In this document: positions 1 to 12,228 of the stretch, in pieces
Layout of the letters: each line of letters starts with the position of its first letter
How positions within the stretch are numbered: the first letter of the stretch is position 1
Assembly: GCF_018977255.1 (NCBI RefSeq)
Contig: NW_024704743.1
Coordinates: 82,152,001 to 82,216,000, forward strand
Direction: 5' to 3'
DNA from: Callorhinchus milii
Taxonomy: Eukaryota
Length of the DNA stretch: 64,000 nt
The notes under the pieces: generated by a model
Told to the model about the DNA's origin: nothing
The model's input: only the letters and a program-made list of their open reading frames with translations
Database searches by the model: none
Translations under genes and position numbers: made by a program

Positions 1-544
1 CTAGACTCTTCTCATCAGTCGCTCCTTTCATCTTGCGAGTTCTCTTTAATCTAGCTGCTTTGTGGAAGAAGCAGCCCATGACTGAAGGGCAGAGGTGAGG
101 ACAAATGGCAGGCAGATGAAGGTACTGTGTCCTCTTCCTTTTCCCAAAGCAAAGCCCAATTGCACGACTTGGAATTAGTCACGCAGCCAATTTACAATCT
201 AGTCTTATGGTCCGACTCACAGCAAAAAAAGAAGATGGCTTGTATCCAATTACCTCCACAACCATACACAAAGAACTGTGGTATTAAAAAATATCATGTT
301 TCTCTACCAATGATTTCAATTAAAATTGTAGTTCTTTATCTTTGAGAACATTAGCTCATATTCCTGTTACCTTTGCAGTGCAGATAGCCCAGTTGTCTCA
401 TTGGTCCTCAAAGTAGCTGTTAGGATGAAGGAGATTCAAAGATAGAGACAGCAATACTGTAGCTTCACTTCAGTACTATATCTGCATGTATATAGCCACT
501 TCACAGGGTAGCATCTAATACATTGGTTGAAAGAAAGCCTTTTA

Positions 545-1588
545 ACAACAAGAACAAAATTACATTTGTAAAGCGCCTTTCATATCGGGAGGACGTCCCA
601 AGGCACTGAACAGACAGAGTTACGGACCCGAGCTAGGGATCGGGATCGGGGAGGATGGAGGGCAGGGAGGGAAGCAGGGAGATCGAAAGCACGGTCGAAG
701 AGGAGGTACTTGAGATGGATCTTGAAGGTGGCAAGGGAGGGGGCGAGGCAGAGAGACTGCAGTTTGGAATTCCGGAGGGTGGGGGCAGAGTGGCAAAAGG
801 CCCGCCAAATAGTGGGGCGAGCGAGGCGAGGGAAATGAAGCAGGCCGGAGCCTGCTGAGCAGAAGGAGCGAGCAGGATGGTAGGGTGTAGGAGATCACAG
901 AGGTAGGGGTAGCAAATCCGTGGAGGGCTTTGAAGATGAGGATCAGGATCTTGAACTGTATCCTCTGTGTGATGGGAAGCCAGTGGAGTGGGCAAGGATG
1001 GGAGTGATAGGGTCGCGGAGCCTGGTGCGGGAGAGGACACGGGCTGCAGAGTTCTGGATTACCTGCAGTCTGTGGAGGGAGGAGTTGGGGAGGCCGACAA
1101 GCAGTGAGTTTGCATAGTCGAGCCTCAATGTAATTAAAGCATTTATGAGGGTTTCGGCGGCCTGCAGTGTGAGACAGTGGAGGAGCCAAGTGATGTTGCG
1201 GAGGTGGGAGAAGGCAGAGCAGGTCATGGCGAAGATGTGGGGTAGAAAGGATAGTTGAGGGTCGAACAAGCCGCCAAGGTACCGGACTGGCTCAGTGAGG
1301 TGCAACCATGGATGGTGAATCTGTCAGCGCCTGAGGTGAGGAGGGGCTGACGGGAGCCAATCAGTAGAGCCTCGGTCTTGTTGAAGTTCAGCTGACGAAA
1401 GTTATCTCTCATCCAGGACTTGGTGTCTGACAAACATTCTGTCAGCACAGCAGTGGTGCTGGAGTCAAGGGTGGAGGCAGAGAGGTAGAGTTGATGTCAT
1501 CTGCATACATGTGGAAGTTGAGCCAATGTCTGCGGATGAAGTCACCAAGAGGGAGCATATAGATATTGAAGAGGAGGGGACCAAGGAC
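545..1588 (-). mobile_element. L2 (LINE2) fragment, RT C-terminal part through 3' tail
   Basis: Minus frames give [55 protein letters not shown]; ends in GGGACGTCCTCCCGA..AAGGCGCTTTACAAATGTAAT + TTG-type tail; frameshifted. Confidence 0.93.
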
Positions 1589-1749
1589 AACACAGACAAA
1601 CGGTTGTTATACATTGACATAAACATGTTACAGGCCACTGTACAAAGGACCATCAATTCAGATTGCACAGCAAATAAGATGGGGAAACATGTTCCTTTAA
1701 GTAAAACTTTCTTTATTCTCTGCAATTTCTTCCTTCAGACATTGAACCC

Positions 1750-2075
1750 ATAGGCTGACATTCCAGTACAGTGCCACAGAGCTGCAGTGTTGGAGGTGCT
1801 TTCCTTTCGATGAGAAGTTAAACAGAGGTCTCACCTCTCTTTTCAGTGGACATTAAATATCCTATTCAAAATGAGAAGGGAGTTTCTCCTGGTGTCCTGG
1901 CCAACAATCCCCCAGATAAAATTGGTCATTTACTTCATGGCTGTTTTGTGAGGCAATGCTACGCACAAATTTGTAGTCGTGTTTGCATACAAGATACAGT
2001 CACTTTACTCACAGAACGTTATGTGAAGCATTTTGAGATGTCCTCCTGAGGTGAACGGAGCTTTTATCAAATAAA
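1750..2075 (+). mobile_element. Old DeuSINE-type SINE (SacSINE1/AmnSINE-like body)
   Basis: aggctgacattccagtacag...gtggacattaaatatcc...gggagtttctcctggtgtcctggccaac...aaattggtcatttacttcatggctgt; same body recurs more than 10 times in the window. Confidence 0.8.
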
Positions 2076-2539
2076 ACAATTACACTATTTATTCTTTTCT
2101 GTTAATAATTGTGTGTTAAATAATTTTCTTTCTGCATGTCTCACTAATGAAAATGAATGAAATGTTTTATGTTTTAAGAAATCATCCAACGTGTAATTAA
2201 GATTTATGGATCTCAACTGTGTGCAATTTTTCAAAATATTGTGCACTGTTCCGAGTTACCGTGCGGAAGATTGCCAGGACTGGTAGGGTTTTGCTGATGC
2301 AACACACAGCATGAAGAAGTTGTCACCAGGCAGCGTGACTTCTGAAACTGTTGTGCCTCCCACAATCAATTCAACACCGTTTTCCAGATAGTGGAGTAAA
2401 TCAATCTTTGATTTAGTCTAGGGTAGTTCTCTAATTTCTTCCTTTAGACATTAGATTGATTATAGTCCGAGATGAGACTCCAGTGCAGAGCTGGGGAAGG
2501 ACTGCATTATTGGAGGTTGCCCCCTACCCCAGATCAAAG

Positions 2540-3769
2540 TCATCAATAACATTTGCTTCATCTGTGACCAGAGCTCTCTCTCCTTCCTTGTTGTTCTTGA
2601 TCTCTCTGCCTCTTCGACATTGTCAACTATTCAATCCTTCTCTGTCAGATTTCCTCTCAGTTCCACCAACATCTCCATTTCATATATGCCAACGGCTTCG
2701 CCTCCCGCCCTGCACCACCACATGTAGGTTACTCAGGTCCTCTCTTTAATATTTACATTCCCCCGCTCGACAATGTCATATGCAGACATAGGGTTAACTT
2801 CTACATGTACACAATGACACCCAACTTTATCGCTCTGCCTCCCCCCTTAATTCCAGGATAACTGCGGTTCTGACCGATTGGCTGTCAGTCATCAAGTCCT
2901 GGATGAGAGCTAACTTTCTTCAGTTGAATGTCGACAAGAGATAGACTCTCCTGCTTGGCTCCCTTCAGCACTTCTACACCTCAGGACCAACAGCATCAAT
3001 ATACATGGATGAACACTCGGCCTCACTGATCCAGTATGGAATCTCATTGTCTTGTTCAACTTTGAGCTGTTCTTTAAACCCCACATCCGCTCTTTGATCC
3101 ATTCAGCTTTCCCCCAGCTCCTCAATATTGCCGACCTCCGCCACTACCTTTCCCTTCAGGCTGCCGAGATCCTTATCCATGTATCCATCATGTTCAGGCT
3201 AGACTACACCAACTCTCTGCTTGTCGGCCTTCCTAACTCTTCCCTCCACAAGCTACAGACTATTCAGAACTCTGCGGCTTGTCCTCTCCTGCACTAGGCT
3301 CCATGAGCCTATCACTCCCATCCTCATCCAGTTCCACTGGCTTCCAATCCCCCAGAGGATTAAGTTCAAGATCCTAGTGCTCACTTTTTTGTCCCACGCT
3401 ACCTCTGGGACCTTCCTAAACCCTAACAACCAGTCCATTCCCTCTGCTTGGCAAGCACTGGTTTGCTTCATGTCCCCCGCCCTGCCTGCCCCACCATCAG
3501 TGGTCGGGTTTTCATAGTATCTGCCCTTACTTTTTGGAACTCCATCCCGAAGTCCCTTCACCTCATCCCTTCCTTCCTCTCCTTCAAGGTCTTAACACAT
3601 TCCTCTTTGTCAATGCCTTCGGTCATCTTCCTCACTCCAATGCCATCTCCTCAATCCCCAACCCTCCCGAATCCAATTCCCACCTCGGGTGCTAACCTTT
3701 GACTGTACAGCAGCTTGGGATGTTGTCTCAATGGGAAAAGCACTACATAAATGTAATTTATTGTTGTTG
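2540..3769 (+). mobile_element. L2 fragment, degraded ORF2 RT region to 3' tail
   Basis: RLDYTNSLLVGLPNSSLHKLQTIQNSAA, HWLPIPQRIKFKIL; ends aaatgtaatttattgttgttg. Confidence 0.92.
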
Positions 3770-4804
3770 CTAGCCAGCTTGAGCTAGCAGCCCCCCTTCC
3801 TCCAGAATATCCGAGTGCAACTGAAGCAGTGCAAAGTATAAACCAAACTGACATTAACTATTGGAACTTATGTCTTCCGGCATTTGGTGCCCATAATGTT
3901 TTTTCTCTCTATTATACACAATGAAACATTTCCTAGTACCACAGTCTCTGCCTGTCGTATCATCTGATGGAGGACTTCCTGTCCTAAACTTTGTTAGACT
4001 CCCCTCTTCCTGTCGGGTGACATAAAAAGGACTGTGGAAAAACCCATTCAACAATTCTCAGCGAAGCTCACGCTGCTCTTGCCCGGTGCTTTTTGCACCG
4101 GCTCGAACCAGCCAGCCATGAACGATCTTAATCAAAATTGTTGATCTTCTTGATAACCTCATTAAGAATCATTAACGGTGACGAAGCTACCAGATTGCAA
4201 GACGAAAATTAAATTGGTGCATGAGGACAAAAAAAAGTTAAGAAACAGTTTTTAGAAGGAGGTTGCAGACTTTGTTAACAATCTGAATTAGTAATTACAA
4301 CAGCAAAATGATCCCAGATGTGTTTCAGAATATGGCCCCAAGGAATAATTTGTAACAAATTTAATGATCCCCGATTATTATCAAATACACCAAACTCATA
4401 ACACTCTTTGATATGCCATGACCTATAATATAGCTCCGATTGTTCATGATTTCCTAAGTATTTGGAAAACTTTGGAAAGCAGCTTCTTTAACAAGCAATT
4501 TGTTATCATGTACTTTTCATATCGTTCCAAAAAGCTTAATGCAACAGTGAAGAAGGAAGTGTGTACTTAGTTTGGAGATACTGCTGTGGAGTTTAACGTG
4601 AAAAGGGGCAAAGTACTGTGTGAACTTTAAACGGTACGAATATGATGATGTTTTCAGTAGATATGTGTTAGAATAAAAATATAATCTTACAATAGGATTT
4701 AGAAATTAAATGAGAAATTTGATTTGAAAGGCTTAATAGCAAGGTTTGGTTGCACTTGTAGTGGGGGAAGAACGTGGTTGTATCCTTGGAGCTGAGCTTC
4801 AAGA

Positions 4805-5064
4805 TCCAGGCAGGGCGAAACCTTGGGCAAGTTTCCTTACGCCACACACCTAGTAATAATCCCTCCAAAACAAAAAACAATAATAAATTTGTCATTCTCA
4901 ATCTACGACTTTTTGTGGGACATTGCTGTGTGCAATTGGCTGCCGTGTTCGCCCACAAATATACAGTCAATTCACTTTACAGAATATTCTGTGAAGCGCT
5001 TTGGGACGTCTAGAAGACGTGAAAAGCGCTATATCAAATGCAAAGATTATTATTATTATTATTA
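4805..5064 (+). mobile_element. tRNA-derived Deu-domain SINE, short subfamily, 5' truncated
   Basis: Near-identical to 8280-8597 from the end of the B-box onward; (ATT)n tail. Confidence 0.92.
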
Positions 5065-5149
5065 AGATCACGTGTTTGGAATTCGAACTTCTGTAGTGGT
5101 CTTGGTAGTCCAATCCCTGAGCCAAGTGGTTCTCCAGTTCTCCAGGGCA

Positions 5150-5370
5150 CCGTTAAAGACAGACCTGGCTCATTGACAAAACTTGGAGGGGCAGAGCAGT
5201 CACTGTGGTAAGGGAGTCTTTCCACTCAGCTTCTGCTAATACTGCAAGCCAAGCCCGAATAGATAATCTTAGTTGGACAAACCCCAGGAAGCTTGCCAGA
5301 CCGTGTTATCAACTGCAAACTAGGCAGTTTTAGCGAGTTAAGACTCCAGCAGTACCCCCAAAGCACAGTC
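5150..5370 (+). repeat. Unnamed ancient interspersed repeat (family Y), copy 1
   Basis: Shares agtcact..gg..aag..cactca, gcttgccagac and ccagcagtaccc blocks with 48720-48900 (+) and 62180-62340 (-). Confidence 0.6.
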
Positions 5371-5565
5371 TGCGGTCACCAAGCCTTGGCTCTTGCCAAA
5401 TGGTGCTGAATACTCTCTGAAATTAGATAAGCAGGGTGCGCTCCTCCAGGTAGAGAGTGTGCATTTCATTCCAGACACAGAGAAATTTCTGTGACAGTGG
5501 CATAAATATGTGAAACTCTCAGTCAGGTTTCGAAACTCTCAAGCATAATGATAGGTTTCTGCATG

Positions 5566-5775
5566 TCATAGAATCATAGAATTATAGAATTATACAGCTC
5601 AGAAGGCAGCCAATCGGCCCATCATGCCCGTGCCAGCTCTTGAGCTATCCAAATTAATCCCACTCCCCCATGCTTTCCCCATAGCCCTGCAAATTTGTCC
5701 TCCCCAAATATCTATCCACTTCCCTCTTGAAAGTTGTTTGCAAATCTGATTCCACCACCCTTTCAGGCATGTGTC
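5566..5775 (-). mobile_element. CR1 3' end fragment
   Basis: (ATAGAATC/T)n terminal repeat and 3'UTR matching the CR1 at 14340-15090 in reverse. Confidence 0.85.
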
Positions 5776-6699
5776 AGACACCTGGCTGACCATTGATCTA
5801 TCCAGCAGACCACTCTGTAATTACGTTTTCTGAATCATTCAGAGAGCATGTTATAGTATGAATTATGAATAGTATGAATATAGAGATAACACGGAGTGCT
5901 TTAAAGTGTTCCTTGTATTATTTAAGGAACATTCTTTAGCTACAAGCACCAGGGGTAAGGCTTGGGAACACTGAGTTTCTCCCTCCTTCACTGATAAAGC
6001 AACAAAAAGTTCCATTAAAAACATATAATACAGTGCCTTTCACATTGAAGGACATCTCAAAGTCCTTTGACAGCATTTTTGTGGGTGACATTGTCATCAG
6101 GCATGAGGGCAATTGCACTCACATGGCGTACCACCTGCTGGCAATTATCAAGCGTTCCTTAAATAAAACAAAGCCAACTTTAAAACCACTACAAATGTTA
6201 CCTCATTGTTTCTCAAACAAAGAAGGAGTCATAACTCAACAAAAAATCCGAAAAACATGGAACGGGAATAAGTCACTAGGGTCCATTAAAAACAGACTCC
6301 TTCCACAAACCACACAAGATATTTTCAAGTTCTTCCATGTTTAATTGTGATTTTCGGTTTTTCAACACCGAATTGTGTTTAATGGTTAAATTCATGATCT
6401 GGCAAATTATATGTTCCACGGTAGCAAAGTCCAGAAAAAAACAGCAAGCACAATACCAGTGAGAAATCAGAAATTGTATCTTGCTGTGAAATATAGGCAT
6501 AGCTCTGTTCAATTCATTCAGTTTGTTCTAACAGTTGCCAATTGCATAGACTTGGAAAGCACAGAACCACAGTAAAAGACTTGTTGAGATGCAATACATT
6601 CTGTTTACAATTTCCTTTTATTGGAGTTCTTCTTACTTACAAGTAGTCAAAAAAATTCACGTATGACACACTTAGTTTTATCCTAATACAATTAAATAT

Positions 6700-7100
6700 C
6701 GTTAAGAGTAGCTCTAAACTATTCAGTGACTAGGAGACATAATTAGAAGACTGCCACACGAAGAGCGAAATAACTTTTTCACCAAGAGAGTAGTTGGGGT
6801 GTGGAATGCACTGCCGAGTAGGATGGTGAGGGTGGATTCCACTGTAGCTTTCAAGAGAGAAGCAGACAGGCACACGAAAGAGGGGGGCAGGAAGGGGATG
6901 GGGATAAGGCAGGACGATGGGATTGAAGTGATATTGTTGCTCTGTGAGCTCGAGTCCAAAAAACCTTGACTGTCCAGCGCCCTGCAACGTTTTTCCGATG
7001 TGGAGGGTGGTATACAAGAGTAATGTGTTGTTGTTGTTGAGCTGGTGCAGATTCGATGGACTGAATGGGATCCTTCTATGATGTAGATTTCTATGTTTCT
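6700..7100 (+). mobile_element. Degraded CR1 3' fragment containing an L2 tail-only insert (about 6968-7039)
   Basis: actaggagacataattagaa...tttttcaccaagagagtagttggggtgtggaatgcactgcc; ends ttctatgtttcta. Confidence 0.75.
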
Positions 7101-7769
7101 AAACCTTATATCTGATTCCTGACCAAAAACATTTTTCTACTCCAGAATATTCCTCACCTCTGTTTCCTATCCTCACCCTCAATGCAGCCAAAACCCTCCT
7201 TACCTCTGATTTGTTAAATGCCATCCCTTTAAAGCGCTGTGAGAAATGTAATCCATGAATTCAATGTTGAAGAGGTTTGAATTGTCGGTTGTGAAACCTT
7301 ATTTGCAATATCCTAAACTTTCTGTGAAGTTTTTTTTATATATTCTTCTATTTCATAATATAATATAAACTCCAGCACTGTGCAGCAATCTATTGGTATA
7401 AACGTGAAGCCAATTCCAGATGTGACTAAAAGATTGGCTTGGAAGAAAAATGCCTCTGAAGGGCATTCAGTAAGCTGGTCAGACACAGCGCTTCTCAAGC
7501 TGGTGTCTGTATCTAAAGCTGCTTTCATCTCTCTCCAAACATTTAACCACCATACCTTGAAAATATTACAATGCAACTAAATAGGAAAGGAAACCCAGGG
7601 AGTTGCATTGCCCAATATGCTCCTTCTAGACATTGAAGAAAAATCATAGTGGTTAAAATATATATATTTTATTTGTGACATAGTGTTATAAATACGTACA
7701 CCTTTAGCATGATAAAAAATACTAATCCAAATAATAATAATTTAGCACCTGAGCACACAGTCAAAGCAT

Positions 7770-8110
7770 CTCAAAGGATTTCACATGATTCACTGTTGAG
7801 TGTATTGATTGTGTATTTTGTAGGCAAATGGCGCAGCCAATTTTGCAAGTTTTCAGCAATCTCACTCAAACAGTCATGAAGTGAATGACCAACTTTATCT
7901 CGAGGATTCTTGGCCAGGACCCCGGGTGAAATTTCCATCTGTTTCTTCGAATAGTGCCATGGGATTTCCACCCAAACAGGCAAACAGGCTGATCTGAAGG
8001 ACAGCACCTCCAACAATGCAGTGCTCCCAAGCACTGCACTGGAGTATTGGCCGAGGCAAGAATGCAACTAACTGACTCAGGCTGACAGCTAGCAGAAACT
8101 CTGTGTATAT
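7770..8110 (-). mobile_element. Old DeuSINE-type SINE
   Basis: Reverse complement of the body at 1750-2075. Confidence 0.78.
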
Positions 8111-8279
8111 TATACCAATGAGATACCACAGTTGAGGGGAGGTACATAAACTTCCATAGTGATTCCATTTACTAGACTGCTATAGCCTGGGCTCTGGTTC
8201 ACATCTGCCTGATTCCAGAAAACAGCAGTCAACAACAACAACAACTTGCATTTACATAGCGCCCCTCTCATGCAGGAGT

Positions 8280-8597
8280 GGAGTCCTGTAGCTCAGCGGT
8301 TAGAGCACTCGCTTTGCAAGTGAGAGACCTGAGTTCAATTTCAGGCAGGGCGAAACCTTGGGCAAGTTTCCTTACTCCACACGCCTAATAATAATCCCTT
8401 CAAAAACCAAAAACAATAATTAATTGGTCATTTTCAATCTACGACTGTTTGTGGGACATTGCTGTGCGCAATTGGCTGCCGCGTTCGCCCACAAATATAC
8501 AGTCAATTCACTTTGCAGTATGTTCTGTGAAGCGCTTTGGGACGTCCTCCCGACGTGAAAAGCGCTATATCAAATGCAAGGATTATTATTATTATTA
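8280..8597 (+). mobile_element. Full-length young SINE, tRNA-Ala-like head + Deu domain + L2 tail (short subfamily)
   Basis: A box TAGCTCAGCGG, anticodon arm CTCGC-TTTGCAA-G(C/T)GAG (TGC=Ala), B box GAGTTCAATT; Deu core tgtttgtgggacattgctgtgcgcaattggctgcc; tail gggacgtcctcccgacgtgaaaagcgctatatcaaatgcaagg(ATT)n. Confidence 0.95.
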
Positions 8598-8964
8598 GCG
8601 TCCCAGAGCGCTTTGTGACCAGTCCTGGTGATTTCCAATCAGCTTCATTGATCAGTTGCGCACTGATCCAAAACACCTTTCAAAGTAAATGGAGTTTCTG
8701 CATTAAGGCATGGTTCTCCTGTACACTGATACAACAGAGCACCTTAGAGGAGCAGTAGACAGGTACTGACTGGATCCTCAAAAATCAGAATTTGTTAAGA
8801 AAATTAATATATTGTTTATATATATCGTACGTATACTGCTCACCTACAAAGTACAGTAAATCCTGTTAAGCAGTTTGTGACGTCTTCCCGCCCAGCGTGA
8901 AAGTTGCTATATTAAATGCAAATCTTATAATATAATATATATAAAACAAGTAATTTCTTGAGCT

Positions 8965-9322
8965 CATAGGCTGACACTTCAGTACAATCTTGAGGGAAGT
9001 GTTGCATTGTCTGAGGTGGCATCTTTCAGATGAGGCATGAAACCAGGTTGCTTTTTCTTCAAGTGGACATTAAAGATCCCAAGGCACTATTCAAAAGAGA
9101 AGGGAGTTTCTCCTGGTGTCCAGGCCAGCAATCCCCCAGATAAAATTGGTCACTCACTTCGTGGCTGTTTATGGGATTTTGCTGGCACAAATGGTTGCTG
9201 CATTTCCCTGCAATAAGCAATCAATATGATTGACAGAAATTACCTGCGAGACCTCTGCAAAGTGCTTTGAGTGGTTTTGAAGTGAAAAGCCACTATATCA
9301 AATGCAAGGATTATTATTATTA
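8965..9322 (+). mobile_element. Old DeuSINE-type SINE
   Basis: Same body as 1750-2075, with aaatgcaagg(ATT)n tail. Confidence 0.82.
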
Positions 9323-9747
9323 TAAAAATGCAGGTTCACTCCTTACCAATAGGGGGAGCATTTTTAACAGAAGTTACTTTCCTCCGCCTTTAATATTCAA
9401 ATGATGGCTAGGTACAGGCCCAATAACCCTACTTTTGATAGCCTGTCAAAGTATTTCAGTTTCTGGCCCCCCGGCTTCCTGGCACTGTAAATGTTAGTAG
9501 GATATAAATAAAAATTATCGGTGCCAGCATGTGTCTTCCTGCTAACCGCTGGCAGTGGAGTCTACAGTTTCTTTTCAATGTGTTAATTTTAAAATGAACT
9601 TGTATTTGTAGGGCCAACAACAGATCCAAATTATTAAATTATGATCCTTTGGAGCATTAACTCTGGAAATTCTAGGAATTGAGTAAGATATTATCCAGGC
9701 TGAACAAAAGCCTATTCAGCGTCCTGGAATTGACACCCTCCCTCACA

Positions 9748-10066
9748 AATAATAATAATAATAATCCTTGCATTTGATATAGCGCTTTTCACGTCGGGAG
9801 GACGTCCCAAAGTGCTTCACAGAACACACTGTAAAGTTAATTGACTGCATATTTGGGGGCGAACGCGGCTGCCAATTGCGCACAGCAATGTCCCACAAAC
9901 AGTCGTAGATTGAAAATGACCAATTTATTATTGTTTTTGGTTTTGGAGGGATTATTATTAGGCGTGTGGAGTAAGGAAACTTGCCCAAGGTTTCGCCCTG
10001 CCTGGAATTGAACTCAGGTCTCTCGCTTGCAAAGCGAGTGCTCTAACCACTGAGCTACAGGACTCC
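9748..10066 (-). mobile_element. Full-length young SINE (short subfamily)
   Basis: About 13 differences over about 318 bp from 8280-8597 by manual comparison. Confidence 0.95.
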
Positions 10067-10794
10067 AAAGCACTGCCATCCCACACTACACACACTCACC
10101 CTAACTGGAGAACCTCCATCTACTCAATGTATACATGCAATTAGATAAAATATCATACTATTTTAAATATGTATCATACTGGTGGTGCAGGTTATAAATA
10201 CATCATAAAAATAATAATCTTTGCATTTGATTTAGTGCCTAATCACATCGTCGAAACACTGAAAGTGTTTCACAGGATTTAGAGTATTACGTAGTGACTG
10301 TGTATTTTGTAGATGAACACCTATGGCGCAAACTATAAACTACACAGATACCCACCCATGCACTCTGAGACCCTACCCTGCATGGAGGGCGCAATATAAG
10401 TGCAAATTGTTGTTCATACACAAACATTCCATACCACACACCACAGTACACACACATAAACTTCCCACACTACCCACACATCCCACAATACACAGGAACA
10501 ACAGCAATTACATTTGTATAGCACATTTCACATCAGAAGGACATCCCAAGGTGCTGGACAGTCAGGGATTAACATCTGGTATTTGTGGAGGGATGGAGTG
10601 TAGATGGACAACATGGCAGAGGTGAAGAAAAACAGTCTAGGTCAGGGACTGAACGTGAGGATTGAATCTGACGTCAAGGTTGGCACCAGTTTGGTTAGTT
10701 TCAGAGAGAAGAAATTGAGGAGGTCAGGGCTGGAAGTGAGGAGATGTTGGCAGGAGCCAAGGAGAATGGCTTCTGTTTCATTCATGTTCAGCTG

Positions 10795-11168
10795 CAAGAT
10801 TCTGAATCAGAAGATTATGGGTTCAAGCCCTATGTTGGGACTTAAGTGTTCAGCATTGTCACGGGTGCCGTCCTTGGGATGAGAGAACCAAGGTCCAGTC
10901 TGCCTGTTCAGGTATACATTAAAGATCCCATGCCACTGATTGAAAAGAGACACTTAGGGAGTCCTGGCCAAAAATCCCCCTGTTAAAACTGGTCATTCAC
11001 TTCATGGCTGTTTGTGGGACATTGTTGTGTGCAAAACATCTGCCAAGTTTGCTTACAAAATAAGCAGTCACTGCACTGCAGTATATCCTGTGAAGTGGTT
11101 TGCAATGTCTTCCCCACTTGAAAGGCCCTGTATGAAATGTAAGGATTATTGTTTTTGTTGTTATTATT
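10795..11168 (+). mobile_element. Old DeuSINE-type SINE
   Basis: ctgaatcagaagattatgggttcaagccc head; attaaagatcccatgccact; Deu core; tail. Confidence 0.8.
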
Positions 11169-11942
11169 ACATACACACACGCTTCACATTACACACACAT
11201 TACACACACACTGCAAGTACACCACGCACACCTGACAGGACTCCAGGTGTTGTCCCAGGTGCGGCTATCCTGTGACTGACATAAAAGAGAAGGAATACTC
11301 TGGCAAAGCTTAGTAGGATCAGGCTGACCCTGACAGTTCTGATGCTCTTTAGGGACTGATTTGAGGTAGCTCAAGCCAGAGTTGCTGCCCAAAGTATATT
11401 TGAGTCCTCTGGTAGCAATGGTGGCATGCTGCCTTTTGTTACCAATGGTTTCATCACCTGTGCAAATTTCTTCACATTTGCACACAGCCAGTTCAATTTC
11501 ACAACCAGAAACAAAGAACATCCTTCCATAAAATCTGCCAATGCACAGATGTTTGCGGTTTTGACTGGGTTTTTATATGGGGTCCCCTGTTGATGTGGGG
11601 TTGCAGTGTGTACTCAGCGCATGACTGCATGTGGAGCTGTAATTCATCCTTTGCCATCTGTTATTTTAAATGCAAAATGGAAATGGTTATGAATTGAAAA
11701 TTATTCTCGGAAGCTAATTTCCTAGATAATCATCTTACTTATTTTGTGAATTTAGTGCAGCACATATTGGCTGAACAGGTCCCACATGAATGATTAAAAG
11801 CCAAGGCAAAATTACGAGTAACTTGCACCAGTTCAGATTTCTGACCATGTTCAAACTGTGTGCAGCCAAAAAATTTAGAAGAGTTACTGAAGCATTAGAA
11901 TTTTCCCACATATTCCCAAACCTCTCTCAGGAAAACTGATTG

Positions 11943-12228
11943 CAACAACAACAAATTACATTTGTATAGCGCCTCTCATGATGGGAAGATGTCCCAAGGT
12001 ACTGGACAATCAAGGATTTGCACCCGAGCTGGAGGTTGGGATCAGGAGGGGTGGAAGGCAGGGAGGGTAATGGTAGGAGTATGACTGAAGGCGCGGTTGA
12101 AGAGGAGGATCTTGAGACGGGCCTTGAGAGAGGCAAGGGAGGGACGAGGCAAAAGGACTGTGGGATGGAGTTGAGGAGGGTGGGGGCAGAAGCCCCAACT
12201 GCTGATGGTGGGACAGGCCATTCTGGGG
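11943..12228 (-). mobile_element. L2 3' fragment
   Basis: LASLKARLKILLFNRAF motif and (TTG)n tail. Confidence 0.88.

Noticed and set aside
2260..2445. Minus-strand exon-like frame (KIDLLHYLENGVELIVGG..), possible in-frame TGA recoding in another frame
   Set aside because: Purine-rich poor acceptor, no SECIS seen, no family recognised.
8280..8352. tRNA-Ala gene
   Set aside because: SINE head: no acceptor-stem pairing, runs directly into the SINE body, many copies.
8835..8870. AG|GTGAG recursive-site-like motif on minus strand
   Set aside because: Derived from a decayed Deu-SINE segment.
9346..9360. CTCF-like CCAATAGGGGGAGC
   Set aside because: Two core mismatches; cannot be distinguished from chance.
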